Assembly (NCBI GenBank): GCA_032128375.1
Contig: JAQBGU010000189.1
Location: 1 to 54,619, forward strand
Direction of reading: 5' to 3'
DNA from: Deltaproteobacteria bacterium
GTDB taxonomy: Bacteria; Myxococcota_A; UBA9160; SMWR01
DNA: 54,619 nt
The notes beneath the pieces are model-generated. The model was not told the origin of the DNA. It made no database searches and saw only the letters and a program-made list of their open reading frames with translations. The translations under genes were made by a program, and so were the position numbers. This document shows, piece by piece, positions 29,915-38,863 of this stretch; positions within the stretch are counted from its first letter, which is position 1, and each line of letters begins with the position of its first letter.

Positions 29915-30312
29915 GGAAGCTCCTGATGGGATCGCGATCGAAGAACCGATCGGATCCGACGTTGGTGGTCTGCCGCCAGAAATGGTGCGGCACGGCTGGC
30001 CCCTTCACCCCGAAAGGCCAGCTCACCACGAAAGGTCAGCTCACGTTAGCAGGCTCAGCCAGACCCCGATGGTCAAACCAGCCGAATTTCTGCGATTTCG
30101 CGGTGACCTCCGCGAGTGATCGAGAAAACCGACGGCGCCGTCCGTGACCTCAGTGGGCCGATCGCGACCGGGACGTGTATTCCCTCGAATCTGACGGTGT
30201 GTCAGCGCCTGTTCGCTCGCCTCCCTCGCGCGTGCCAACGAGTCGGGGTCGGGAAACGTGGTGCGAACAGGCGGCTACGTGCGCAGCGGCAGCTGCGTTT
30301 CAGAGCCTACAC

Positions 30313-31071
30313 TCACGAAGTGCGGTCCGCGTCATCGGGGCGTACCGGCATCCTCCAAGGCACTTCGCTGGATTGCTCCGCTTCCTGATGGCCGGACTCT
30401 CGGCGTCTCAGTTGGATTTCGCTGGAGCGTTGGCTGAGCGCCAGGCGCCGAAAGGCCAGGATGACCGGCTCGAAAAGGTAGGTACCCACGATCGCGTAGC
30501 GTAGGGCTTCACTCGGGAAGCGGTCCGGGTCCCAACCTTCGGGGATCTCGAACGACGCAGCGTGTACTCCGAGTTCGGCGTATTGCGCCCAGATCCCGTT
30601 TGGAAGCTCGTACGGCCAGACGTGGCCCACCGCCACCATCGCCGCCAGAAGTTCCTGGATCTCCGGTTCGTCCTGTTGGCGGTTCCAACCGCGCACACCC
30701 ATCAACTGCTCGAGCGCCACCCAAGCCGCCCGATACTCCGGTTCGTCGGCGTCCAATTTCGGGCCGTCGCGACTGGCCAGCCGCTCGACTTCGACGCTGC
30801 GCACACCCATCGCCAACGAGTCCTTGTGCCCGGATTCGGCTTCGGCGATGGCCGATAGCACTCGGCGCAGCGACGCGATCGAAATCCCAGCGCGCTCCCG
30901 CAACGCCCGGATCAACGCCAGATCCTTCAAGTGCTGGTCGCCGTAGCGGGCCTGGTTCTTCACAGAGCCGTCCCCGAGGGGAGTTCCGGAAGGCAGCAGC
31001 CCCTCGCGTATGTAGTACTTGATACTGGAGATCGTGACGCCGGAACGCCGCGCCAGTTCGGAGATTTTCAC
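30313..31071 (-). CDS. MerR family transcriptional regulator
   Basis: KISELARRSGV..SIKYYIREGLLP..NQARYG. Confidence 0.9.
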   Translation of the reverse strand: MKISELARRSGVTISSIKYYIREGLLPSGTPLGDGSVKNQARYGDQHLKDLALIRALRERAGISIASLRRVLSAIAEAESGHKDSLAMGVRSVEVERLASRDGPKLDADEPEYRAAWVALEQLMGVRGWNRQQDEPEIQELLAAMVAVGHVWPYELPNGIWAQYAELGVHAASFEIPEGWDPDRFPSEALRYAIVGTYLFEPVILAFRRLALSQRSSEIQLRRRESGHQEAEQSSEVPWRMPVRPDDADRTS

Positions 31072-31105
31072 TTCGGCCCGCACCCTTTCGTTGGGGTTGA
31101 CCAAT

Positions 31106-31159
31106 TGGATAGCACGTAGTATCCATAACAACGACACACTGGATACCAACTGCTATCCA
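31106..31159. promoter_or_regulatory. Two TGGATA-N8-TATCCA dyads in the merR/oxygenase divergent region (putative operators)
   Basis: Dyads at 31106-31125 and 31140-31159; TTGACC at 31097-31102. Confidence 0.72.
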
Positions 31160-31191
31160 TTTCCAACCGGCGCGTCCAACGAGGAGAGATC

Positions 31192-32526
31192 ATGCCCGAA
31201 ACGACCACCGAGCTTCCCTTCTACATGCGCGGAAATCATGCACCGGTCGATCGCGAGGTCAGCGCTGACTCGTTCGACGTCCGGGGCCAAATCCCCGAAC
31301 AGCTCAACGGCCTCTACCTGCGAAACGGTCCCAACCCGGTCAACGGAGACCCGGGGCACTGGTTCATGGGTGACGGCATGATCCACGGCGTGCGACTCGC
31401 GGGCGGCGAAGCGAAGTCGTACCGGAACCGCTGGGTGCGAACCCGCCCGTTCAAAGGTGACGATACGCCGAGGGTCAGCGAAGAGGGCGTACCCGACTAC
31501 ACGATCGGCGAGGCCAACACGAACGTCATCGGGCACGCGGGAAAGATCTTGGCGCTCATCGAGACCGGCTTCCCCACCGAGCTGACAGCCGACCTCGACA
31601 CGATCGGCACGACCGACTTTGGCGGCAAGCTCTCCGCACCGTTCACCGCACACCCGAAGTTCTGCGCGACGACCGGGGAAATGCTGAGCTTCGGCTACAA
31701 CTTCGCTCCGCCCTTTGTGGTCTACCACCAGTTCAGCCCAAGCGGAGAGCTACTGCGCAGCGAGCCGATCGACGTGCCCGGACCGACCATGATGCACGAC
31801 TTCGCGATCACCGAAGACCACGTAGTCTTCATGGACCTGCCGATCGTGTTCTCGTTCGAAAATCTCGCCGAGAAGGGCATGCCCTTCCAATGGACGCCGG
31901 AATACGGCGCTCGCCTCGGTGTGATGCCCCGCGACGGTGGCAACGCCGATCTCGAGTGGTTCGAGATCGACCCATGTTATGTGTTCCATCCGATGAACGC
32001 CTACGAACAGCATGGGAGCATCGTGATGGACGTGGCCCGCTACAACAAACTGTGGCAGGCAGGAGGCAACGACTTCGACCAGGCGAAGTTGACGCGCTGG
32101 ACCATCGACACCAGTGGTGGTGGCGTCAAGGAAGAGCCGCTCGACGATCGGTCGATCGAATTTCCGCGTATCGACCCGCGTCGCGAAGGGCGCAAGTATC
32201 GCTTCGGGTATGCGGTATCGACCGACGCAACCGACGGCATCGCAACCGAGCAGCTCGTGAAGTACGACCTCGAGAACAAGACGAGCGAGATTCACGACTT
32301 CGGCAGTGGTCGCACTCCGAGCGAGGCGGTCTTCGTGCCGGCGTCGCCCGATTCGGCCGAAGACGATGGATTCCTGCTGTCGTACGTTTACGACGCCGAC
32401 CGCGACAGCAGCGACTTCGTGATCCTCGACGCACGCAACGTCACGCGTGAGCCGTTGGCAATCGTCCCGCTGCCGCAGCGCGTCCCGATGGGATTCCACG
32501 GCAACTGGATCCCGGATCCGAGCTGA
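31192..32526 (+). CDS. Carotenoid/lignostilbene cleavage dioxygenase family (RPE65-like)
   Basis: YLRNGPNP, GDGMIHG, TAHPK, MMHDF, FHPMN, EFPRID, GFHGNW (four Fe-ligand His). Confidence 0.95.
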   Translation: MPETTTELPFYMRGNHAPVDREVSADSFDVRGQIPEQLNGLYLRNGPNPVNGDPGHWFMGDGMIHGVRLAGGEAKSYRNRWVRTRPFKGDDTPRVSEEGVPDYTIGEANTNVIGHAGKILALIETGFPTELTADLDTIGTTDFGGKLSAPFTAHPKFCATTGEMLSFGYNFAPPFVVYHQFSPSGELLRSEPIDVPGPTMMHDFAITEDHVVFMDLPIVFSFENLAEKGMPFQWTPEYGARLGVMPRDGGNADLEWFEIDPCYVFHPMNAYEQHGSIVMDVARYNKLWQAGGNDFDQAKLTRWTIDTSGGGVKEEPLDDRSIEFPRIDPRREGRKYRFGYAVSTDATDGIATEQLVKYDLENKTSEIHDFGSGRTPSEAVFVPASPDSAEDDGFLLSYVYDADRDSSDFVILDARNVTREPLAIVPLPQRVPMGFHGNWIPDPS

Positions 32527-32531
32527 ATCGC

Positions 32532-32564
32532 AAAAACGGCGGGGCGATGGCTCGCCCCGCCGTT
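32532..32564 (-). terminator. Intrinsic terminator between convergent genes
   Basis: 13-bp stem AACGGCGGGGCGA / TCGCCCCGCCGTT with a T-run on the minus strand. Confidence 0.75.
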
Positions 32565-32596
32565 CGATACTCGAGCGTCCGTTCGCTGGGCAGACG

Positions 32597-33097
32597 TCAG
32601 TTCGGCGAGGCTTCCTGGCGCTTGCCAAAGCGTCTTTGTGTCGCAGGCGCGGCGCCGGGGCCGGGCTCGACGACCACGTTTCCCATCGACATCGGCTCAC
32701 CGGCTTCGTCTCGAATCACCAGCGGAGGGATCGGCTGGCCGGTGCGCTTGTCGACGACCTGGACAGGTTCGCGCCCTGCGCCGTAAACCCATCGGTCGGA
32801 CCATTGTCGCAGCGATTCGATCACCGTGATCAGGTCGGCGCCCTTTTCGGTGAGTTGGTAGTGGTAGCGGGTTCCATGCTGCCCGACGTCTACGCGACGC
32901 ATGATGCCCTGCTCCACCAGGTTCTCGAGTCGCAGCGCCAGAATATTCTTCGAGATCCCGAGGTTGCGCACGAAGCCGCCAAATGTGCGGGTGCCGAACA
33001 TCGCCTCGCGGACGATCAACAAAGTCCACCAGTCGCCCAGCACGTCGAGCGACTGGGCGACCGAGCAGTTCATGTCGGCGAAGCGCTTTCTCCCCAT
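32597..33097 (-). CDS. HxlR family winged-helix regulator
   Basis: NCSVAQSLDVLGDWWTLLIVRE..YQLTEKG. Confidence 0.92.
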   Translation of the reverse strand: MGRKRFADMNCSVAQSLDVLGDWWTLLIVREAMFGTRTFGGFVRNLGISKNILALRLENLVEQGIMRRVDVGQHGTRYHYQLTEKGADLITVIESLRQWSDRWVYGAGREPVQVVDKRTGQPIPPLVIRDEAGEPMSMGNVVVEPGPGAAPATQRRFGKRQEASPN

Positions 33098-33132
33098 GCG
33101 AGAACTATAACGCAATAATAGTTGCGTAACAA
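33098..33132 (-). promoter_or_regulatory. Promoter TTGTTA-17 bp-TATAGT 6 nt before the hxlR ATG, with an ACGCAA-N6-TTGCGT dyad
   Basis: -10 at 33104-33109, -35 at 33127-33132, dyad at 33110-33127, in an AT-rich divergent spacer. Confidence 0.6.
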
Positions 33133-33206
33133 AACCAAAATGATCTACGTTCCAGTCCCGCGCGCTGTTCCCGCCTCGCTCATGACAGGCACCGAGGAGA
33201 TCCGAG

Positions 33207-35462
33207 ATGAGTTCCAACCAATGGCACCCCACCGCTTGCATCCTGTGCGAGTGCAACTGCGGCCTGCAGGTTCAACTCGGTGGTGAGGGCGACCGCCACA
33301 TCACGCGTATCAAAGGCGACAAGGATCACCCCTCTTCACAGGGTTACACCTGCCAAAAGGCCTCGCGCATCGATCACTACCAACACACCAAGGATCGGCT
33401 CACACAGCCGCTCCGCAGACGAGAAGACGGCAGTTTCGAAGCCGTCGACTGGGACACTGCGATCACAGAAGTCGCCGCGCGTTTCGCGGCAATCCGCGAT
33501 GCACACGGCGGCCAGAGCATCTTCTACTACGGCGGCGGCGGACAGGGCAACCACATGTCGGGCGGTTACAGCCGCGATACGCGCGCCGCGCTCGGCTGCC
33601 GATTCAATTCCAACGCACTCGCCCAGGAGAAGACCGGCGAGTTCTGGGTCAACGGTCGAATGTTCGGCGCGTCGATGCGCGGCGAGATGGAACACGCCGA
33701 AGTGGCAATCTTCCTCGGCAAGAACCCGTGGCAATCACACGGCTTGCCGCGGGCGCGCGCAACTCTGCGAGAGATATCGAAAGATCCCGAGCGCTGCATG
33801 ATCGTGATCGACCCGCGCGTCTCCGAGACCGCCGCGATCGCAGATATCCACCTCCGCCCGGCGCCCGGTACCGACGCGTGGCTACTGCTCGGAATGCTCG
33901 GGATTCTCGTTCAGGAAGATTGGGTCGCGAAGGACTGGCTGGAGGCCCACGCGATCGGCCTGGAAGAACTCCTGTCGGTACTGCGCGAAATTCCCGTTCG
34001 CGACTACTGCGCGGCGGCCAGCGTCCCAGAACACCAGGCACGCGCAGCGGTGGCTCGCATCGCTGCCGCCAGCAGCGTGGCCGTGCACGAGGATCTCGGC
34101 GTGCAAATGAATCGCCACTCGACGCTGGTGAGCTACCTCGAAAAACTGCTCTGGGTACTCACCGGGAATTTCGCGAACCAGGGCGGCCAATACATCCCGG
34201 CCGTGTTGTTGCCGATTTTGGGAAGTGGCGCCGTGCAAGGTTCGAGCCCGGTCGTCGGCGCCCCCTTGATCAGTGGTCTGGTGCCATGCAACGTGATTGC
34301 CGATGAGATCCTCACCGATCACCCCGATCGGTATCGCGCAATGCTGATCGAAAGTGGCAACCCGGTGCATTCGCTGGCGGATAGCCAGCGGATGCGCGAG
34401 GCACTCCGCGCTCTCGACTTCGTCGTCGTCATCGACATCGCGATGACCGAAACCGCGCGCGAAGCCGACTACATTCTGCCGGCCCCGACGCAATACGAAA
34501 AATGGGAGGCCACCTTCTTCAACTTCGAGTTCCCACGCAACTACTTCCACCTGCGTAAGCCGCTGTTCGAAGCCCCCGAAGGAGTGCTGCCAGAACCCGA
34601 GATCCACGCGCGATTGGTCTAAGCGCTCGGCGGCGCGCCGACCGGAGCGATCGACGCGCTGCGCGAGGCCGCGAAATCCGGTCGTGGCGCATTCAAGGAA
34701 AAGTTCGCGTCGCTGACCGCACAGGATCCAAGTTTGATGAAACAGGTCTCGACGCTGCTGTACCGCGCTCTGGGCCCGTCGCTCCCCGATGGTGCGGCCA
34801 GTGCTGCGATGCTGTGGGCGGCTGCACAAATGCTCGCAATGCGCGAGCCAGAGGGGGTACGACGGGCAGGACACGGGAGCGCCGGGGGCGACCCAGGCGA
34901 CGAGTTGTTCGACGCAATCCTGGCTGGGCATTCTGGCATCGTCATCGTCGACGACGATCTCGACGCGAACTGGCGCCGGGTCGAATCGCCAGGCGGCAAG
35001 ATCCAACTCGTGATCCCTGAGCTGCTGGAGCAGATCGCGGAATTCGCAACCGTCCCCGAGCGGGTCACCAGCGATGACTTCCCGTTCGTGCTATCGGCTG
35101 GCGAACGCCGCGACTACACGGCCAACACGATCTTCCGTGACGCCAGCTGGAGGAAGAAAGACTACGCGGGCGCGTTGCGGATCCATCCCGAGGACGCCGC
35201 ATCGCTGGGTCTCGAGGAGGGCAGCGGCGCCCGCTTGACCACCGCACGCGGCAGCGCAGTTACATCCATCGAGATCACCGACCAGATGTTCATCGGGCAC
35301 GTCTCGCTACCCAACGGCATGGGGCTCGATGTCACCGGGGAAGACGGCACCGTTCGCACCGGTGTCGCCCCCAACGAGCTGACCTCCAGCGCGCACAGGG
35401 ATGAATTCGCTGGCACGCCGTGGCACAAGCTGGTTCCCGTCAGGATCGAAGCCGTCGGCTGA
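33207..35462 (+). pseudogene. Molybdopterin-dependent oxidoreductase interrupted by an in-frame TAA (34620-34622)
   Basis: CILCECNC..C Fe-S motif, SGNPVHS, TETAREADYILPA; the same frame continues after the stop (HARLV*ALGG) to the MGD-binding C-terminus. Confidence 0.87.
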
Positions 35463-35957
35463 CCTCAGAGCGGCGACTTCAGCCGCCACTTTCTCGCACC
35501 AACGACGACTTGAATACGGCGCTCGAGCCGCCACTTACCGGCGGCGCCGGCCTCGCCCTGCGGTTCGAGCAGCCGCGGTTGGTTCGAGCCGCGCAAACGC
35601 GCCGCCGACATTCGTCACGAAGAGCTCCCGTTCACCTTTGTCGAGGTGTCCGACAGCTTTCGCCGCATTGCTGAGCAGCGCGGCTTTGTAACCGGTTTCG
35701 GGCCCGTGGAGCAGCTGTTTGCGATCGCCGTAACGGAAGACGCGCGTCCGACCGAAACCCGGTCGCCCGCCGCGCCCAACGTGTCCGGAAGAAGTGCGCA
35801 ACCACCCGTGACCATTTGTGGGACGAAGTGCACCGCCTGGTCCGCGGCCAACCGCTGCGGGGCCTGACAGCGCTCGGGAAAGGAACTTCGAAGCGATGGG
35901 TTATCCTGCTGGTTTCGCACGCTGCGCGTAGTCGTTCTGGCCTCAAAGGAGACCTGG

Positions 35958-36713
35958 TTGCACCTGAGACGCCTGAGGAGCCTCGGGAAAGCGGCCGCAT
36001 TCGGATGCGGTCTCGCGATCGCGCTCGGTAGCGTATGCGACGCGACAGCCAACGCGGATGGCGCGGCTCGCGATTCGCGCGGCGAGATCCTCACGAAGGG
36101 CCAGAAACTCTATTCGCAGGGCAACGAAGAACTCGTGATCCGCCATTTCTTCAATGACAGGCGGGACGGCGTCTTCCTCGACGTGGGCGCGTTTCATTGG
36201 AAGAACTACAGCACGACGCTGTATCTCGAAGAGCGTCTGGGATGGTCGGGAATCGCGATCGATGCCCAAGCCAAATACGGCCAGGGCTACGCGGACAATC
36301 GACCGCGCACGAAGTTTCTTTCCTACCTCGTCTCGGACCATTCAGACGGTGTAGACGACTTCTACGTTTCCGGGGCGATCTCGTCGAGGAGCAAGGAACA
36401 CATCCGAAAGTTATCGATCACCAAAGATCACGAACCGACCCGTATCGAGGTGCCAACGATCACGTTGAACGACCTTCTCGAGCGGCTCGGCGTGCAGAAA
36501 ATCGACTTACTCTCGATGGACATCGAGGGCAGCGAACCGCCGGCGCTGCGGGGATTCGACATCGAGCGCTATCGGCCGGAGCTGGTCTGCATCGAAGCGG
36601 TCATTGGCGATGATCGGGAGGTCGGACCGTACTTCGAAGAACACGGCTACGAACGCATCGACGAATACCTGAAGTACGACGTCGTCAACTGGTACTACAA
36701 ACCGCGCAGCTGA
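35958..36713 (+). CDS. FkbM family methyltransferase-like protein
   Basis: YSQGNEE, GVFLDVGA, GWSGIAID, IDLLSMDIEGSE; AAGGAG RBS before TTG. Confidence 0.85.
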   Translation: MHLRRLRSLGKAAAFGCGLAIALGSVCDATANADGAARDSRGEILTKGQKLYSQGNEELVIRHFFNDRRDGVFLDVGAFHWKNYSTTLYLEERLGWSGIAIDAQAKYGQGYADNRPRTKFLSYLVSDHSDGVDDFYVSGAISSRSKEHIRKLSITKDHEPTRIEVPTITLNDLLERLGVQKIDLLSMDIEGSEPPALRGFDIERYRPELVCIEAVIGDDREVGPYFEEHGYERIDEYLKYDVVNWYYKPRS

Positions 36714-36769
36714 TATCGCGGCGATTCATCATTGCTGGACAGGCCGTGCCACGATTCGATCAGGTTCGA

Positions 36770-37303
36770 TCAGGCCCCCTTCAACAATCCCGCCATCAAC
36801 CCCTCGAACGCTGCATCGGCGATCGCGACCATCTCATCATCGGTGCGGTCTTGGATCGGGTGCTCGGTATACACGGCTTTCAAGTCACAACCGAGCGCTT
36901 TGTCCTGGGCTTCTTTGCCGGATTCGAACTCGCAGGTGGCGACCATCACGGTGGGCAGACCACGCGACTCCATCTCGCTCATGTCGTGCACACTGCACGA
37001 CGTGCAGCTGCCTCAGTCTGCGAGGGCTTCGATCACCGCATCGCACTGGGTTGCGATTTCGTGGCGAAGGTTTGCGGGGGCCGCCTTGGCGAAGGTCGGC
37101 TTGGCGAAGCGGATCACCCGGCCGCCTCGTTCCTTGATGCGCTCTTCGATGCGATTCAGGAACAGGTCGCCGCGCGGCTTCGAAATGTCGAGCAGGCCAA
37201 TCGTCGCGCCCTCGATCTTCTCGAGGCGCGGCGCGCGCGGCCGGATCGCGAGGTGACGCTCGCTGGTCGGGTCGAGCAGTGTGCGTTCTTGGATCACAGT
37301 CAT
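36770..37303 (-). CDS. UGSC-family selenoprotein (177 aa; Sec97 encoded by TGA 37013-37015)
   Basis: ORFs 37013-37303 and 36770-36991 are in frame and join as ...EALAD-TGA-GSCTSCSVHDMSEMESRGLPTV; SECIS-like hairpin immediately 3'. Confidence 0.88.
36977..37008 (-). promoter_or_regulatory. Putative bacterial SECIS element
   Basis: Perfect 8-bp stem GTCGTGCA/TGCACGAC with a GTG loop starting after 19 nt downstream of the UGA; extendable lower stem. Confidence 0.72.
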
Positions 37304-38745
37304 TTGAGGATCTCCCGGATCACGGTCTGGCTGCCCAACTCACCGCCGAGCCAGCCACCGATGATGCATGAAAACAGTCCAGCGCGTCCGCCTGCGTGCA
37401 CGATGTGCAGCGAGCCCGGCCGAAATTTGGGAAGCGTTGCGCGCTGCATCGCCTCGGGCAGGCCCTCGGTAATTCCGCCCGCGCCGCGGATCAGCTCGCT
37501 GCCGGGAATCATCAGCCGCTCGTGTAGTTCGGTCAGCACGCGGGCTTTGTCCCAACCTGCGCGAGAGAACACGCGCGCGTGTTCGGGACCCATGACCAGC
37601 ATGCACTCGAAGCCCATCACGGTCTTCGGGTGATGGACGGTTCGCAAATTCACCGCCAGCGAGTTCGCGAGCGCTTCCGGCTCGCGCGACAGCTGGTCAA
37701 TCACATTGCGCGGTCCCTCTCCGGGGAAGAGAGTGACCGTATTCACACCGGCCGCCGCACCCAGATCGACCGATAGTGGCTGCCACGGTGAGCCTTCTTC
37801 GTCTTCAGCGAAACAGAACGACAGCTTGCCCGGGTTGCCGAACGTCGCGCGGTCGACCTCGCCGGGACGGCCGCCACCGACATTTCGGATCACCAATTGC
37901 AACGCGCGTCCAATCGTCGCATTCGCGCGGTTGCCCTGTCCCAGAACGTTCATGCCGGAGTTCATGCCAATCTCGTTCCGAATCGGACCGTTGACGATCA
38001 CGATTGGACCGACCCCCATCGTGGTCGCGAGCAATCCGTGCATATTGAATTCTTCTTTGCAAGCCGCTTCGACCGCGGCCAGCACAACGGGCAGATACTC
38101 GGGTCGGCAGCCCGCCATGACGGAATTGATCGCCACCTTTTCGACGCTGCACTCTGCGAAGTCCGGCGGAACCGAGGCGACGACCTCGTCGGGCTTTCGC
38201 GTCGTGCCAGACAGCATCGCCATCACGCGATCCGCGGTCGGCGGCACCAGCGGCAGACCGTCGGACCAGCCGCGCTCGAACATCGCTTCGAATTCGTCTT
38301 CGAGGTCGGCGAGTTCGACGCGGCGCGCGCGCAGCGCAGACCCACCGAATCGCGCCGCCAGCTCGGATTCCAACCCCGGGTCGACCGACAGCGAACCGCA
38401 ACCGGGGCGCTGTTCGGGAAGCCCCGCACCCAAATCGGAATGGCCGGACAACGCTTCCCACTCACCGCGATGCCAACCGATCACGCGGCCGCTTTCGACG
38501 CCATCTGTGACCTTCACAAGTGTCGGAACGACTTCGATATCGTGGTGCCACGAAACGCGCAGCGAGCTGTCGTCCTGGGCGCCGAGGCCCGCGGGAAAAT
38601 CCGGATCGTCCTGACAGTAAATCGTCAGGCGACCCGCGGCCGCCAGTTCGCCAAGCACGGGCGCTACCGTCTCACATGTCGGGCATTCCCTCTTGACGAA
38701 AGCGACCAGGCCGGAGGGAAGTGAGGGTCGAGCGAGCGGGTCCAT
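37300..38745 (-). CDS. Thioredoxin-fold (CPTC) fusion protein with a large uncharacterised C-terminal domain, partner of the UGSC selenoprotein
   Basis: FVKRECPTC and VVPTL (cis-Pro); linker PGCGS; GWSDGLPLVPPT, VEKVAINSVMAGC, NRANATIGRA; ATGA overlap with the selenoprotein gene. Confidence 0.85.
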   Translation of the reverse strand: MDPLARPSLPSGLVAFVKRECPTCETVAPVLGELAAAGRLTIYCQDDPDFPAGLGAQDDSSLRVSWHHDIEVVPTLVKVTDGVESGRVIGWHRGEWEALSGHSDLGAGLPEQRPGCGSLSVDPGLESELAARFGGSALRARRVELADLEDEFEAMFERGWSDGLPLVPPTADRVMAMLSGTTRKPDEVVASVPPDFAECSVEKVAINSVMAGCRPEYLPVVLAAVEAACKEEFNMHGLLATTMGVGPIVIVNGPIRNEIGMNSGMNVLGQGNRANATIGRALQLVIRNVGGGRPGEVDRATFGNPGKLSFCFAEDEEGSPWQPLSVDLGAAAGVNTVTLFPGEGPRNVIDQLSREPEALANSLAVNLRTVHHPKTVMGFECMLVMGPEHARVFSRAGWDKARVLTELHERLMIPGSELIRGAGGITEGLPEAMQRATLPKFRPGSLHIVHAGGRAGLFSCIIGGWLGGELGSQTVIREILK

Positions 38746-38863
38746 GCCGCAACGGTAGCGCGAACCGAGCTTGCCCGGCGAATCCCAGATTCCGCGCGCG
38801 GTCCGGCGCTTTCCGGGGGCCGGCTCCTGCACGAACCACCACCCGTGGTGGCACACGGCCCGG

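Noticed and set aside
29915..30312. Cobalamin riboswitch upstream of the B12 radical SAM gene
   Set aside because: Could not find the conserved B12-box and core motifs by eye; only generic hairpins and repeats.
34620..34622. Possible recoded stop (Sec/Pyl) in the molybdoenzyme
   Set aside because: The codon is TAA, not TGA/TAG, and is not in a Cys-like catalytic context.
35463..35957. Small ORFs (e.g. 35535-35801 minus) between the molybdoenzyme and FkbM genes
   Set aside because: No recognisable motif or clear RBS; could be a remnant but cannot be supported.
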